NCBI GenBank assembly: GCA_963674865.2
Contig: CAXXYE010000008.1
Location: 160,001-224,000, forward strand
Source of the DNA: Candidatus Hydrogenedentota bacterium
Lineage (GTDB): Bacteria; Hydrogenedentota; Hydrogenedentia; Hydrogenedentales; SLHB01
Direction of reading: 5' to 3'
Length of the DNA: 64,000 nucleotides
Below, piece by piece: positions 46,688 to 56,818 of this stretch. Below the pieces are notes generated by a model. The model worked only from the letters and a program-made list of their open reading frames with translations. It did no database searches and was not told where the DNA came from. The position numbers and the translations under genes are program-made. Numbering within the stretch: position 1 is the stretch's first letter; the number at the start of each line of letters is the position of its first letter.

Positions 46688-47359
46688 TCACGCATTCCTG
46701 AAGCGGTATCCCACGCCGCGGACGGTTTCGATGAATCGCTCTTTATCTTCGGGACAGAGCTTCTTGCGCAGGCGCTGAATATGCACGTCGACCAGGTTGG
46801 TATTGGGGTCGAAGTTGTAGCCCCAGACGTGTTCGAGGACCTGCGTCCTTGCGAAGACGCGTCCCGGGGAGCGCATAAGGTATTCGAGGAGGCCGAACTC
46901 GCGCGCGGTGAGTTTGATGGGCGCGTCGCCTCGATTGACCTCCCGCGTGATGAGGTTCACCACGAGGTCGCCGGCCTGCAGGATGCTGAGTTGTTCTCCC
47001 GATGCCCGCCGCACCACCGCGTGAAGCCGCGCGACGAGTTCTTCCACGAAGAAAGGCTTTGTCAGGTAGTCGTCGGCCCCGAGGTTAAGGCCTTCCACCC
47101 TTTCGTCGAGTTCGGCGCGGGCGGTGAGGAGGATGACGGGGACGGTGTTGCGTTTCTTGCGAAGCGCCCTCAGGATGCTGAGTCCGTCCCGGCCGGGGAG
47201 CATGATATCCAACACGATCGCGTCGTATTGATTGGTGGTCGCCAGGGCGTGCGCCTCGTTGCCGTCGGCGCTCAGCTCGACGCTAAACCCTTGTTCTTCC
47301 AGCCCTTTGCGGATGAACCGGGCGATTTGCTGCTCATCTTCCACCACGAGTACGTTCAT
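46688..47359 (-). CDS. OmpR-family response regulator (CusR-like)
   Basis: VVEDE, LDIMLPG.DG, GADDYLTKPF, TNLVDVHI..LR.K, ETVRGVGY. Confidence 0.92.
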   Translation of the reverse strand: MNVLVVEDEQQIARFIRKGLEEQGFSVELSADGNEAHALATTNQYDAIVLDIMLPGRDGLSILRALRKKRNTVPVILLTARAELDERVEGLNLGADDYLTKPFFVEELVARLHAVVRRASGEQLSILQAGDLVVNLITREVNRGDAPIKLTAREFGLLEYLMRSPGRVFARTQVLEHVWGYNFDPNTNLVDVHIQRLRKKLCPEDKERFIETVRGVGYRFRNA

Positions 47360-47518
47360 TGCTCCAGAGTATAGCACTCCAGGGGGCAAAGGGGGGCGCC
47401 GAGAGGATTACAGTTTCTTAATCCGCGCGTAGGTTTTCCCGTAATCCTGCTGAGGTAGGCTCTGTGTGGAACGAATGAGCGGGCCCGGTGAGACGGGCGT
47501 GAATACGAAAGGAGACGA

Positions 47519-48289
47519 ATGATGAATACGCAAAGGTGGCAGACGAATTGGGTAGTCGGTGTCGTGACGGCCGCTTTCGTGGCCTTCTTCGCGATCCCGG
47601 CGCTCCAGGCCGGCCACGGTGTGGCCACGGCGGAAGACGCGGAAACGGAACAGGCCTACGAACCGGCAGAAGAAGAGGAGCTTCCGCCCCCTCCGCCTCC
47701 TCCCGATGCCGAGGAATACGGCGACGAAAGGCCGCGCTGGGGACGCAATGCTCCGCGCTGGGCCGAAGACGAAGGTCCTGGCGCCTATGGCCCGCCCCGT
47801 GGGCGCGCGGTTCAGGGTCAGGGCTATGGCCCACCGCCGGGGCGCGGCGGCTACGGCCGCGGTCAGGGCTATGGCCCGCAGGGCGATCGCGGCGGTTATG
47901 GGCGTGGTGAGGGTTACGGCCCGCCCGCCGGGCGCGGCGGCTACGGCCAGAAGCAGGGCTATGGCCCCCAGGGCAATCGCGGCGGTTACGGCCGTGGCCA
48001 GGGGAATGGTCCTTTGGCAAGTCGCGGCGGTTATGGCCGGAAACAGGGTTACGGTCCCCAGGGCGATCGCGGCGGCTACGGCCGCGGTCAGGGCTACGGC
48101 CCGCCCCAGGGGCGTGGTTCGCGCGGTGGTCGCCCGGGCGCTGGGCGCATGGATCCCGCTGAGGCCTTCAGTCAGATGGACAGCGATGGCGACGGCGTGT
48201 TGACTAAGGACGAGTTCCTCAAGTGGCACGCGGAGAGGCGTCCGCCCCGTCGTCCGGCTGCGGCAAACGCCGAGGCGGCTGAGGAGTAG
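47519..48289 (+). CDS. Exported Gly/Tyr/Arg-rich repeat protein with C-terminal EF-hand
   Basis: Signal peptide; seven 15-aa GQGYGP..RGGYGR units; DSDGDGVLTKDEF EF-hand; GGAG RBS. Confidence 0.75.
   Translation: MMNTQRWQTNWVVGVVTAAFVAFFAIPALQAGHGVATAEDAETEQAYEPAEEEELPPPPPPPDAEEYGDERPRWGRNAPRWAEDEGPGAYGPPRGRAVQGQGYGPPPGRGGYGRGQGYGPQGDRGGYGRGEGYGPPAGRGGYGQKQGYGPQGNRGGYGRGQGNGPLASRGGYGRKQGYGPQGDRGGYGRGQGYGPPQGRGSRGGRPGAGRMDPAEAFSQMDSDGDGVLTKDEFLKWHAERRPPRRPAAANAEAAEE
47816..48130 (+). repeat. 45-bp coding tandem repeat (7 units)
   Basis: cagggctatggccc...cgcggcggctacggccg periodicity. Confidence 0.8.
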
Positions 48290-48365
48290 ACAGAAACGCC
48301 GTAGTTGCATCGCGGAGTTCCGCGCTCGCAGATAGGAACACGTAACGGCGGGCCCCGGCGGAGAC

Positions 48366-49421
48366 TTATCTATCCCCCGGGGCTCTGCCCATCTTGTCGG
48401 CCACCTGGGCGGCGGCCGCTTTATCACCGATCTTGGTAAGAAGTTGGTGCGCTTGGCCGTATCGCTGCGCGCTCAGGCCATGCAAGTCCAGTGCATCTTC
48501 CTGGTCGCCCTGGACCTCGCGCTGTTGAGCGGCGTGTTTCAGAAGCATCGCGGCGCGGTTGACGTCCGCGGCGCGCAGTATCTGTCCCAGGCGCTCGCCG
48601 GCCAAGGCCGCCAGGGAGCGGCATCGCGTCTCTTGCGCGGCTCCGAAAATGTTTTGAAGGGCCTCAGCCACCCCTTGCTCGCGGCGCGCTTCTTCCTTGA
48701 CGCGGGCCTGGTACTGCGAAAAGCTGTTCCAGCAGAGCTTGAGTTTCCGGTGCATGCTTAGCAGATATGCCTCGACAGCTTCGTCTTCCGGCCAGGCATT
48801 TTGCGCCGGCCGCCCTATCGGCTCCACCCGGGCCTCACGCACGAGCGCCCCTGTTGTCTTGAGTGTCTGCGTGGCCAGCGCGAGGTAGGCGCCGAAGGCG
48901 TCCAGTTCCTCGACCGCGTTCGTGAGCAGCTTTTCCACTACGCCGATGGCCGCCTCGACGCCGCGCCGTGGATTGCGCCCGCCGAAGTAGCATGACACCA
49001 TTTCGGAGCAGTAGCCTCCGAACACTTTGGGGCCGATTGGCCTCGATTCCGTACGAAGCGCCCGGATCTCCCGAAGGATTTGCGCGTGTATGAATTCGCC
49101 CGACAGGAGATAGCCGCTCTCCTTCCGGTAGGCGTTGCCTTCGGCGTCGAGTCGCGGCATGCCGTCAAGCTGGACTTTGATCTGGAACGCCGCATGGTAA
49201 AGGCCGGTACTCTTGGCGATCTGCCGGATCTCGGCGAGAATGCGATCTCGTGAAGCGTCGTCCGGCGGCGGGGCGCCTACCAAAGCGCCGATCAGGCGTT
49301 TCAGGGCGGCGACGATCTCGCGATCGGCGATCACCGGTGTGCCCGACGACGTAGCCGACGCCGACGCGCTCTTCCGCCTTGATGGCGGCGGCGTGATGAT
49401 CTGTTTGATCTTTCTCAGCAT
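48366..49421 (-). CDS. Hypothetical protein
   Basis: 351-aa ORF with plausible composition; no family recognised. Confidence 0.55.
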   Translation of the reverse strand: MLRKIKQIITPPPSRRKSASASATSSGTPVIADREIVAALKRLIGALVGAPPPDDASRDRILAEIRQIAKSTGLYHAAFQIKVQLDGMPRLDAEGNAYRKESGYLLSGEFIHAQILREIRALRTESRPIGPKVFGGYCSEMVSCYFGGRNPRRGVEAAIGVVEKLLTNAVEELDAFGAYLALATQTLKTTGALVREARVEPIGRPAQNAWPEDEAVEAYLLSMHRKLKLCWNSFSQYQARVKEEARREQGVAEALQNIFGAAQETRCRSLAALAGERLGQILRAADVNRAAMLLKHAAQQREVQGDQEDALDLHGLSAQRYGQAHQLLTKIGDKAAAAQVADKMGRAPGDR

Positions 49422-49880
49422 TGCGAGGTAGCGAGTTTGCGGTGACGCGTGAAAACGCCCCGCGCCTGCGGCCCACGCAACCGCCTGTCAGGCCCGTTCC
49501 CCACGTCCGCACCATGAGGAACGCTGCATCTCCCAGCCTCGGAGAGCAGGCCATGAGGTCCGCGGAAACAAGTGGCCGCTGCCCCGGTTCGGTTCGCCTC
49601 TCTCCTCCGAAGCCCCCGCCCCAGGGCGTCACTCTGTCCCACGTGCGCCAAGATACACATTTGGGCTTACGTATTCAAAAGTGGCTCCGGTGGGCGGATT
49701 GCCGGCCATGCCGCGCGGCAGGCTTGTGGGCATGAGGTTTTCGCCATGTGGGGAGACTCACTCACGAGTGTGCGGTACGGCCGAGTTTCTCGGCGCCCCC
49801 GCGACAAACTTCCCCATGACAAAACGTCACCAAAATGTCTGGTATAATCAGAATAGGCAGGCGTTGTGAGGGGGCAGTAT

Positions 49881-50108
49881 ATGGACTTGCCTACGGAGAT
49901 GGGCCGGCTGCAACCTGTGGCATTCTTCCGCAGGCATCATCTCGCCAAGTCTGCGCATTTCGGCTCTGTGTTGGGGGATCGATTCGGGCCGGGCAGTGGC
50001 GTGGACTTGTTGCCTGAATACGCCCCTGAACATGTTTTGAGCCTGTTTGGTCCAGTTGGAGTAGAGCAGCCGAAAGGGGGGGCAACAGGTTTCATGGCTG
50101 CTGTTTGA
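49881..50108 (+). pseudogene. Degenerate copy of the MNT nucleotidyltransferase antitoxin
   Basis: MDLPTEM...FFRRHHLAKSAHFGSVLGDRFGPGSGVDLL aligns to 51299..51598; DxD motif lost; truncated. Confidence 0.75.
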
Positions 50109-50127
50109 GGGAAGGAGGGGTGAGGCA

Positions 50128-50889
50128 GTGAATGGAGCTTCATTTACGGATGCGAGGCTTGATGCCTTGATGAGGGGGGCACGCGCGATTCTGGAGAAGC
50201 ACAGTTTTGCCGACACGGCGCGTGCGATCTTTGATCGCTGCCGGGAAATGACAGGCGCCGTCTCCGGTTATGTCGCGCTCTTGAGTGAGGATGGGGAAGA
50301 GAACGAAGTCCTCTTTCTCGAGGCTGGGGGGATGCCGTGTTCGGTGGATCCAGAGTTGCCCATGCCCATCCGCGGGCTCCGCGCGGTTGCTTACCAGACG
50401 CACATGGCCACGTACGACAACGACTTCATGAATAGCAAGTGGATGAAGTACATGCCGGAAGGGCACGTCGCCCTGAAGAACGTGATGTTCATCCCTCTCA
50501 ATCTCGAAGGAAAGACCGTGGGGATCTTGGGACTGGCCAACAAACCTTCGGACTTCACGGATGCAGACGCTGAGGTCGCGGCCATTTTCGGAGAGCTGGC
50601 AGCCGTGGCGTTGGCCAACAGCCGGTATCTGGATTGTCTTAACGAGAAGAACCATGAGTTGGAGCGTGCGCTGTCTGAAATTCACACGTTGCGCGGGCTA
50701 CTGCCAATCTGCTCGCGCTGCAAGAGTGTTCGTGATGATGAGGGTCTGTGGACGGGGCTCGAGGCCTACCTTGCCGACCACACGGATGCGGAAGTCAGCC
50801 ACGGGCTTTGTCCCAACTGCCTCAGGCTGCTCTATCCAGACGATGCGGATGAGATCATCAAACAGATGAATTCTCCGCGCAAGAAGTAG
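50128..50889 (+). CDS. GAF domain protein with C-terminal Cys/His zinc-ribbon-like domain
   Basis: GAF (IPL..EGKTVGILGLANKP.DFT); LLPICSRCKSVRDDEG.W...SHGLCPNC. Confidence 0.8.
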   Translation: MNGASFTDARLDALMRGARAILEKHSFADTARAIFDRCREMTGAVSGYVALLSEDGEENEVLFLEAGGMPCSVDPELPMPIRGLRAVAYQTHMATYDNDFMNSKWMKYMPEGHVALKNVMFIPLNLEGKTVGILGLANKPSDFTDADAEVAAIFGELAAVALANSRYLDCLNEKNHELERALSEIHTLRGLLPICSRCKSVRDDEGLWTGLEAYLADHTDAEVSHGLCPNCLRLLYPDDADEIIKQMNSPRKK

Positions 50890-50997
50890 CCGCTCCGCTC
50901 TGCGGCCGCCCTTGTGGCGGACTTGAGACGCGGCTTGGGGCGGAAGGCGGTGTATTTCAACGGGGGCATGCGTTGCGCCATGTAAGTTGGCCGCCGC

Positions 50998-51034
50998 TTC
51001 GCTTGTGTCGGGCCTCGTCTTTCGCTCCTTGGCG
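50998..51034 (+). repeat. 37-bp direct repeat, copy 1
   Basis: ttcgcttgtgtcgggcctcgtctttcgctccttggcg, identical to 52430-52466. Confidence 0.85.
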
Positions 51035-51298
51035 CTTGCTCCAGCGCGTCCGCGGTTGGGCTTATTTGCGCGGTTTTTTCAGGGCCGGGATTCAGGGATG
51101 TGTGTTTGGCGTGAGCTATCCGGCTTGGCCCCACGCCTCTGGGGAGGCAATCTCACGCAAAGCCGCCAAGCACGGTTTCGCTCGTGAGCGTGGCGGGAGT
51201 AGCTGAATGATGCGGCGATTGCCGAACCTCTCCATGATAGGATACTGCCCAGAAGTCTGGTACACTTGAAGCAAGCAGTCGTTGCGAGGATTCCGGAC

Positions 51299-51598
51299 AT
51301 GGACTTGCCCATAGAGATTGATCGGGAGCGACTTGCGGCATTCTGTCGCAAGCATCATCTCACGAAGCTCGCGCTATTCGGCTCGGTGCTGGGGGAGCGA
51401 TTCGGGCCGGATAGCGATGTGGATGTGCTGTTCGAATACGATCCGGAACGCGTGCCGAGCTTGTTTGACGTGGCGGGAATGGAGGAAGAGTTGAGCGAAC
51501 TCCTCGGGCGCAAGGCCGACATGCGCACCCCACGTGATCTGAGCCCTTACTTCCGCGATGAGGTCGTGCGCACCGCGCGGGTCGAGTATGCTGCCTGA
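51299..51598 (+). CDS. MNT nucleotidyltransferase antitoxin (MntA-like)
   Basis: LFGSV...F.PDSDVDV (GSx10DxD); ELSELLGRK.D. Confidence 0.88.
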   Translation: MDLPIEIDRERLAAFCRKHHLTKLALFGSVLGERFGPDSDVDVLFEYDPERVPSLFDVAGMEEELSELLGRKADMRTPRDLSPYFRDEVVRTARVEYAA

Positions 51599-51938
51599 AC
51601 CGGACGAGAACCGTATCCGGCACATGCTGGACGCCGCTATGCAGGTGGTGTCCTTCGTCGAGGGACGCGAACCTAGCCACCTCGAAACCGATCCGCAACT
51701 ACGCTTGGCGCTGCTGCGTGCCATCGAGATTCTGGGAGAGGCCGCGAGCCGCGTCAGCGCTGAGACTCGTGCTGCCTACGCTCGGATACCATGGCGGCGC
51801 ATGGTAGACACGCGCAATCGCCTTATCCATGCCTACTTTGATATCGACCTTCATATTGTGTGGACAACCGCCACGAAGTCGGTACCGGAACTCATCCCTG
51901 TGCTCAGGGAGATTCTCGGGCGTGAGGACTCGGCATAG
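51588..51938 (+). CDS. HEPN/DUF86 ribonuclease toxin (HepT-like)
   Basis: EILGEAA, IPW, RNRLIHAY (Rx4HxY); overlaps the MNT gene. Confidence 0.88.
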   Translation: MLPEPDENRIRHMLDAAMQVVSFVEGREPSHLETDPQLRLALLRAIEILGEAASRVSAETRAAYARIPWRRMVDTRNRLIHAYFDIDLHIVWTTATKSVPELIPVLREILGREDSA

Positions 51939-52089
51939 GCTGTCAGCGCCGGCCTCGCCTTGTTGGATCTGCGACTACGAGCTTCAGGCCAATGCTGGCG
52001 AAGGGGTCTTGTGCCGGAATTGTGCGGCCTAGCGTGTTGTGAAGAAGTCACATAGCCGTTATTAGAGACTACGCCTTGAGGATGATCAG

Positions 52090-52305
52090 ATGGAGGGTAA
52101 CAGCTTGTATGTCACCAGGAAGGAATTCTACTACGCGGCGATGCACATTTGTTTGTTAGTCCTCTTCACGGGGGTACTTTCAGATGAAGAAGGTTTCGGG
52201 AGACTCTACATTGTCTTCTGGGCCGCCGGGCTGGAATTCTACTATGCTTACAAACTTCGTAAGGCGAGGAAAGCCGAGAGCACGATGGACTTGAGGAGCG
52301 AATAG
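52090..52305 (+). CDS. Small hypothetical membrane protein
   Basis: 71 aa, two hydrophobic segments, GAGGA upstream, lower GC. Confidence 0.55.
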   Translation: MEGNSLYVTRKEFYYAAMHICLLVLFTGVLSDEEGFGRLYIVFWAAGLEFYYAYKLRKARKAESTMDLRSE

Positions 52306-52429
52306 CCCGTCGTTGTTATCTAACGGAAAGGGACGATGCGCCACCGCCCCCCATTCAGCGCATCCTGTCGTGTCGGCAGAAGGCTTCGCAGCTGGCGCGT
52401 GCCTCCCGCTTTGCAGATCCGTTTACCAT

Positions 52430-52466
52430 TTCGCTTGTGTCGGGCCTCGTCTTTCGCTCCTTGGCG
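52430..52466 (+). repeat. 37-bp direct repeat, copy 2
   Basis: Identical to 50998-51034. Confidence 0.85.
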
Positions 52467-52923
52467 TGTCCCTTTGGGCAGGATCCCATGTGCAGGCTCC
52501 TGCAAATGTGGTGACGGATTGCTTCCAAGGTGCTCGGCCGGGAGGGATGTCCTCCTGCTCATTTGCGGTCGAGCAGGGGCGCGGATCCCCCAGAATGTCG
52601 GACAGGTTACCGGACTTGTGAGGCCGGTTACCGAGCAGTGTTTCCAGGCGTCGCGGTGGCTAAGGTCTTCATTGGGGTGAGGGGCTGTCTATCAAAGCTG
52701 AAGCTTGAACACCAAACGCGTTTCGGACGGCGGGTTGGACTGGTGCGCGTTGGGGCGTGGCGTCTCTTTGGCGCCGTGCTGATTGCGAAATGGCGGGCCG
52801 TCGCCGTATGATGCGTTGTCGAATGCCAGGGGGCTGGGCGCTTGGCCACAGGGCCGCGCACGCCCCTCGTGGGATGGTTCACGCTGATGGCATCATATTC
52901 TTGCCGCGAAAACCAGGGACAGT

Positions 52924-53073
52924 GGAGCCGTTGAAAAAGTCCGGAGTTGCTGCGCGCAGGCCGCAAAAGGGCCTGGGACAGTCCCGTCTGCGTCCGCCTG
53001 CGGCGGACTCCGCTTGGGACAGTCCCGGTCTTTCGCTCAACCTCTGGGGCGAATGCGACTTTTCAACAGCTCC
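52924..53073. mobile_element. 150-bp MITE with terminal inverted repeats and ACAGT duplication
   Basis: ggagccgttgaaaaagtc (52924-52941) / gacttttcaacagctcc (53057-53073); ACAGT at 52919-52923 and 53074-53078. Confidence 0.7.
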
Positions 53074-53215
53074 ACAGTCCCGTCTGCGTCCGCCTGCGGC
53101 GGACTTCGCTTGCGTCAGTCCCCGCTTTCCGCTTCTCCGTCTGCGGATAAGCAACGTCGATTGTGAGTCAGTGTATTACACCGTCGTTTCCGAGTGAGAA
53201 CATGGAGTTAGTATC

Positions 53216-54637
53216 GTGAAAGAAGGCCGGCCGAATATCCTGTTTATCATGTCCGATGATCACGCTGCACATGCCATAGGCTGTTATGGGAGCCGGATCA
53301 ATAAGACGCCGAACTTGGATCGCATTGGGAATGGCGGCATGCGGTTCGACAACTGCTTCTGCACGAATTCGATTTGCACGCCGAGCCGCGCCACGATACT
53401 CGCGGGCACGTACAATCATATCAACGGCGTAACCACGCTGGACACGCCTATGGATAACCGGTTGCAGACGTATCCGAAGTTGCTCCGGGAAGACGGCTAC
53501 CAGACGGGTATCTTCGGCAAGTGGCACCTGGGCACCGGCCCGGAGCATTGTCCCACGGGCTTCGATGATTGGGCGGTGTTGCCGGGGCAGGGGCTGTACC
53601 ATAATCCGGAGTTCATCTTTCCCGGCCCGGATGGCGGCGAGCGGCGCACGGTGCAGGGCTATGTCACCGATATCATCACCGACATGTGCCTGGACTGGCT
53701 GCGCGGCCGCGATAGCGAGCGGCCTTTCTGCCTGATGTGCCATCACAAGGCCCCGCACCGGCGATGGGAGCCGGATGAGAAGCATGCCCATATGTTCCTC
53801 AATGAGGATGTTCCCGAGCCGGATACGCTCTACGATGACTACGCCAATCGCGCGTCGGCGGCGGCCGCGGCGGAGATGCGGGTGGGCGTGCATATGGACG
53901 AGAGGGATCTGAAGGCGCTGCCTAATCGGACGCTTTCCGAGCATGACTTGCGGAAGTGGGCTTACCAGCGGTACATCAAGGATTACCTGCGCGTCATCGC
54001 AAGTATCGACGATAACGTCGGCCGGCTGCTCGATTACCTCGACGAGGAAGGGCTGGCGGAGAACACGATCGTGATCTACACGTCGGATCAGGGATTCTTC
54101 CTCGGCGATCACGGGTGGTATGACAAGCGGTTCATGTATGAGGAATCGCTCCGGATGCCGTTCATGCTGCGCTATCCTGAGGAGGTACAGGCCGGCAGCG
54201 TGAATAAGGACATGGTGCTCAACCTCGATTTCGCGCCGTTGTTCCTCGACTTCGCGGGCGTGTCCGCCCCCGAGGAGTTCCAGGGGCGTAGTTTCCGCCC
54301 GCTGCTTCATGGCGATACGCCCGGCGACTGGCGCGAGGCGATGTATTACCGGTACTGGATGCACAAGGCCCACCACAATGTGTATGCCCATTACGGCATC
54401 CGCACCAAGCGCCACAAGCTGATCTATTACTACTCCGACGCCCTTGGCCAGGCGGGCGCGGTGGATGAGACTTACGAGCCGGAGTGGGAGCTGTTCGACC
54501 TCGAGAAGGATCCATGCGAGTTGAACAGCGTCCACGACGATCCTGCCTACGCGGAGGTAGTGGCCGCACTCAAGGATGATCTGCACCGGTTGCAGGCGGA
54601 GGCGGGCGACGAGCGATACGAGAAGGATGTCGATTAG
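53216..54637 (+). CDS. Sulfatase
   Basis: [16 protein letters not shown] (CxPxR), [19 protein letters not shown]. Confidence 0.92.
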   Translation: MKEGRPNILFIMSDDHAAHAIGCYGSRINKTPNLDRIGNGGMRFDNCFCTNSICTPSRATILAGTYNHINGVTTLDTPMDNRLQTYPKLLREDGYQTGIFGKWHLGTGPEHCPTGFDDWAVLPGQGLYHNPEFIFPGPDGGERRTVQGYVTDIITDMCLDWLRGRDSERPFCLMCHHKAPHRRWEPDEKHAHMFLNEDVPEPDTLYDDYANRASAAAAAEMRVGVHMDERDLKALPNRTLSEHDLRKWAYQRYIKDYLRVIASIDDNVGRLLDYLDEEGLAENTIVIYTSDQGFFLGDHGWYDKRFMYEESLRMPFMLRYPEEVQAGSVNKDMVLNLDFAPLFLDFAGVSAPEEFQGRSFRPLLHGDTPGDWREAMYYRYWMHKAHHNVYAHYGIRTKRHKLIYYYSDALGQAGAVDETYEPEWELFDLEKDPCELNSVHDDPAYAEVVAALKDDLHRLQAEAGDERYEKDVD

Positions 54638-54673
54638 CGGTATGAGTCACGCTGCTGGCGTGCCATTCTTGTC

Positions 54674-54786
54674 GCGAAAAGCAGGGACAGACACGTCTCG
54701 TCCGCCTGCGGCGGACTCGCTTGCATCAGTCCCTGTTTTCGCTTGCGCGTCTCCGAATAGGCGATTTCGACTATGAGTCGCAACAC
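54674..54786 (+). repeat. Dispersed palindromic repeat (same family as 23230-23357)
   Basis: gcgaaaagcagggacagacacgtctcgtccgcctgcggcggactcgcttgcatcagtccctgttttcgc ... tcgactatgagtcgcaacac. Confidence 0.75.
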
Positions 54787-54821
54787 TGTGCCCGAGAGCA
54801 TGCGAAAGGAAGAATAGTCCC

Positions 54822-56327
54822 GTGTCGCGTATCAGCAGACGAGCATTTCTAAACGCCGTGGGCGGTAGTTCCGCGCTGCTGGCTTTGTCCTCGTGCGCTC
54901 ATTTCCCGGTTCGGAAAAAGCGCCTGCCCAACATCGTCTTTATCCTCATGGATGACATGGGATGGAAAGATCCTGGTTTCATGGGAAGCGATTTCTATGA
55001 AACGCCCGCTGTCGACAGGCTCGCCCAGGAAGGGATCACCTTCACAAACGCGTATGCCGCGGCCCCCAACTGCGCTCCGACGCGGGCGTCGATCATGACG
55101 GGGCAGTACACGCCGCGCCATGGTATTTACACCGTGGGCGATCCGGCCAGGGGAGAGGCCTCGCAGCGGAAGCTTATTCCTATCGAGAATACCGTGACGC
55201 TCGCCCCCGAGCAGATCACGCTCGCCGAAGCGTTGAAGGCGGCGGGATATTCGACCTTCCACGGCGGCAAGTGGCATCTGGGAGAGGGCCCGCAAACCGG
55301 CCCGGAGGGCCAGGGATTCGACGAAAACATCGGAGGGTGCCATCGTGGGCGGCCACCGGGGGGCTACTTCGGGCCTTGGGATGCGCCGGGACTGGAGGAT
55401 GCGCCCGAAGGCTCGCATATCTGCGATGTTGTCACGGATCACGCCATTGATTTCATGGAGCGGCATACGGATGGGCCGTTCTTTATGTACGTGCCTTTCT
55501 ACGATGTCCATACGCCCATCGAGGCGAAGGAGGCGCTCATTGAGAAATACGAGAAGAAGAGCGCCGAAAACGAAGAAGCGGGCGTGAAGACGCAGCATCA
55601 GAACGCCGTCTATGCCGCGATGGTTGAAAACGCCGATCGCAATATCGGCCGGCTGCTGGCCCGGCTCGACGAACTCGGCCTTACCGAGGACACGATAGTC
55701 TTCTTCTTCTCGGATAATGGCGGCTACGGCGGCGTGACGAATATGAAGCCTCTTCGGGGCTGCAAGGGCATGCTCTACGAAGGGGGCATCCGCGAGCCGT
55801 TGATTGTGCGCTGGCCGGGGCGAACAAGGCCCGGCGGCGTATGCGATGTGCCGGTTATCTGCACGGATTTCTATCCGACGTGCCTGGAGATGGCGGGGGC
55901 GGCCCGCCCGGCGGGCCACCTTCTCGATGGGGAGAGCCTTGTCCCGCTCGTCAGTGGGCGAGGCGCGCCTATGCGAGACGCCCTCTTCTGGCATTTCCCC
56001 GCCTATCTTCAGAGGCTGCCGGAGGGCTTCGAGGAAGACTCCCGCGACGGCGTGTGGCGCACGACGCCATGCGGGGTCGTGCGTCAAGGCGACTGGAAGC
56101 TCATCGAGTACTTCGAGGACGGGGCCGTCGAGTTGTACAACCTCCGCGAAGACGTCGGGGAGCGGCGGAATCTGGCGGAGAAACTGCCCGAAAAGGCGCG
56201 CGAGTTGCGCAATCTCTTGCGTGCGTGGCGAGAAGACGTCAACGCCCCCGTCCCCACGCAGTCCAATCCGGCCTACATCCCGCCGGCCGGCGCGGCGTCT
56301 AAAGCAGATCGATCAGGACAGGCCTGA
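54822..56327 (+). CDS. Sulfatase, Tat-exported
   Basis: SRRAFL; PNIVFILMDDMG, CAPTR, GKWHLG, SDNG, KG.LYEGGIR.P. Confidence 0.92.
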   Translation: MSRISRRAFLNAVGGSSALLALSSCAHFPVRKKRLPNIVFILMDDMGWKDPGFMGSDFYETPAVDRLAQEGITFTNAYAAAPNCAPTRASIMTGQYTPRHGIYTVGDPARGEASQRKLIPIENTVTLAPEQITLAEALKAAGYSTFHGGKWHLGEGPQTGPEGQGFDENIGGCHRGRPPGGYFGPWDAPGLEDAPEGSHICDVVTDHAIDFMERHTDGPFFMYVPFYDVHTPIEAKEALIEKYEKKSAENEEAGVKTQHQNAVYAAMVENADRNIGRLLARLDELGLTEDTIVFFFSDNGGYGGVTNMKPLRGCKGMLYEGGIREPLIVRWPGRTRPGGVCDVPVICTDFYPTCLEMAGAARPAGHLLDGESLVPLVSGRGAPMRDALFWHFPAYLQRLPEGFEEDSRDGVWRTTPCGVVRQGDWKLIEYFEDGAVELYNLREDVGERRNLAEKLPEKARELRNLLRAWREDVNAPVPTQSNPAYIPPAGAASKADRSGQA

Positions 56328-56775
56328 GAAGCCTCTTGATCAGATAGAGGGCGAGGATACCGACGGCGACGACGGTGACGCGGGTGTAGGTGCAGCCGTT
56401 GAGCGCGAGTCCCAGCGCAACGCCGGCCGCGGGGGGGTGCTCGGTGTCGGTAACTACCATCACGAAGATAGCCACGCCGACGGCCACGGCGGCGAAAGGC
56501 ACCGGCGACCACTGGGTCCATACGGTGAGGAAATGGCATAGCGTCCCGGCGGTTATGCCCACCGCGTATCCTCCCACCATGAAACGCGCCTGCGACACGT
56601 GTTTCCTGGGCATGGTGAAGGCAATGAATGAGCTCGCGCCGAGGGCGCCGATGATGGCGGCGTTGGAGCGTGCGTCCAATATGAGCAGCACCACGTAGAT
56701 CGCCATGGTTGCCAGCACACACTGGATCACGTACTTGAATATGTGTTTGCGGAATGCCCTGTCGGCCAGTTTCAT
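56299..56775 (-). CDS. HPP family membrane protein
   Basis: LGASSFIAF..P, TEHPPAAG; start uncertain. Confidence 0.8.
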   Translation of the reverse strand: MKLADRAFRKHIFKYVIQCVLATMAIYVVLLILDARSNAAIIGALGASSFIAFTMPRKHVSQARFMVGGYAVGITAGTLCHFLTVWTQWSPVPFAAVAVGVAIFVMVVTDTEHPPAAGVALGLALNGCTYTRVTVVAVGILALYLIKRLLRPVLIDLL

Positions 56776-56818
56776 ATCGGCGCCCTTCATACGGCCCGTC
56801 GCCACGCCGCGGAAAGGC

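Noticed and set aside
52040..52400. Integron attC site around the 71-aa ORF
   Set aside because: A TCTAAC follows the stop, but I could not find a matching GTTRRRY box with a convincing attC stem, and no integrase is in the window.
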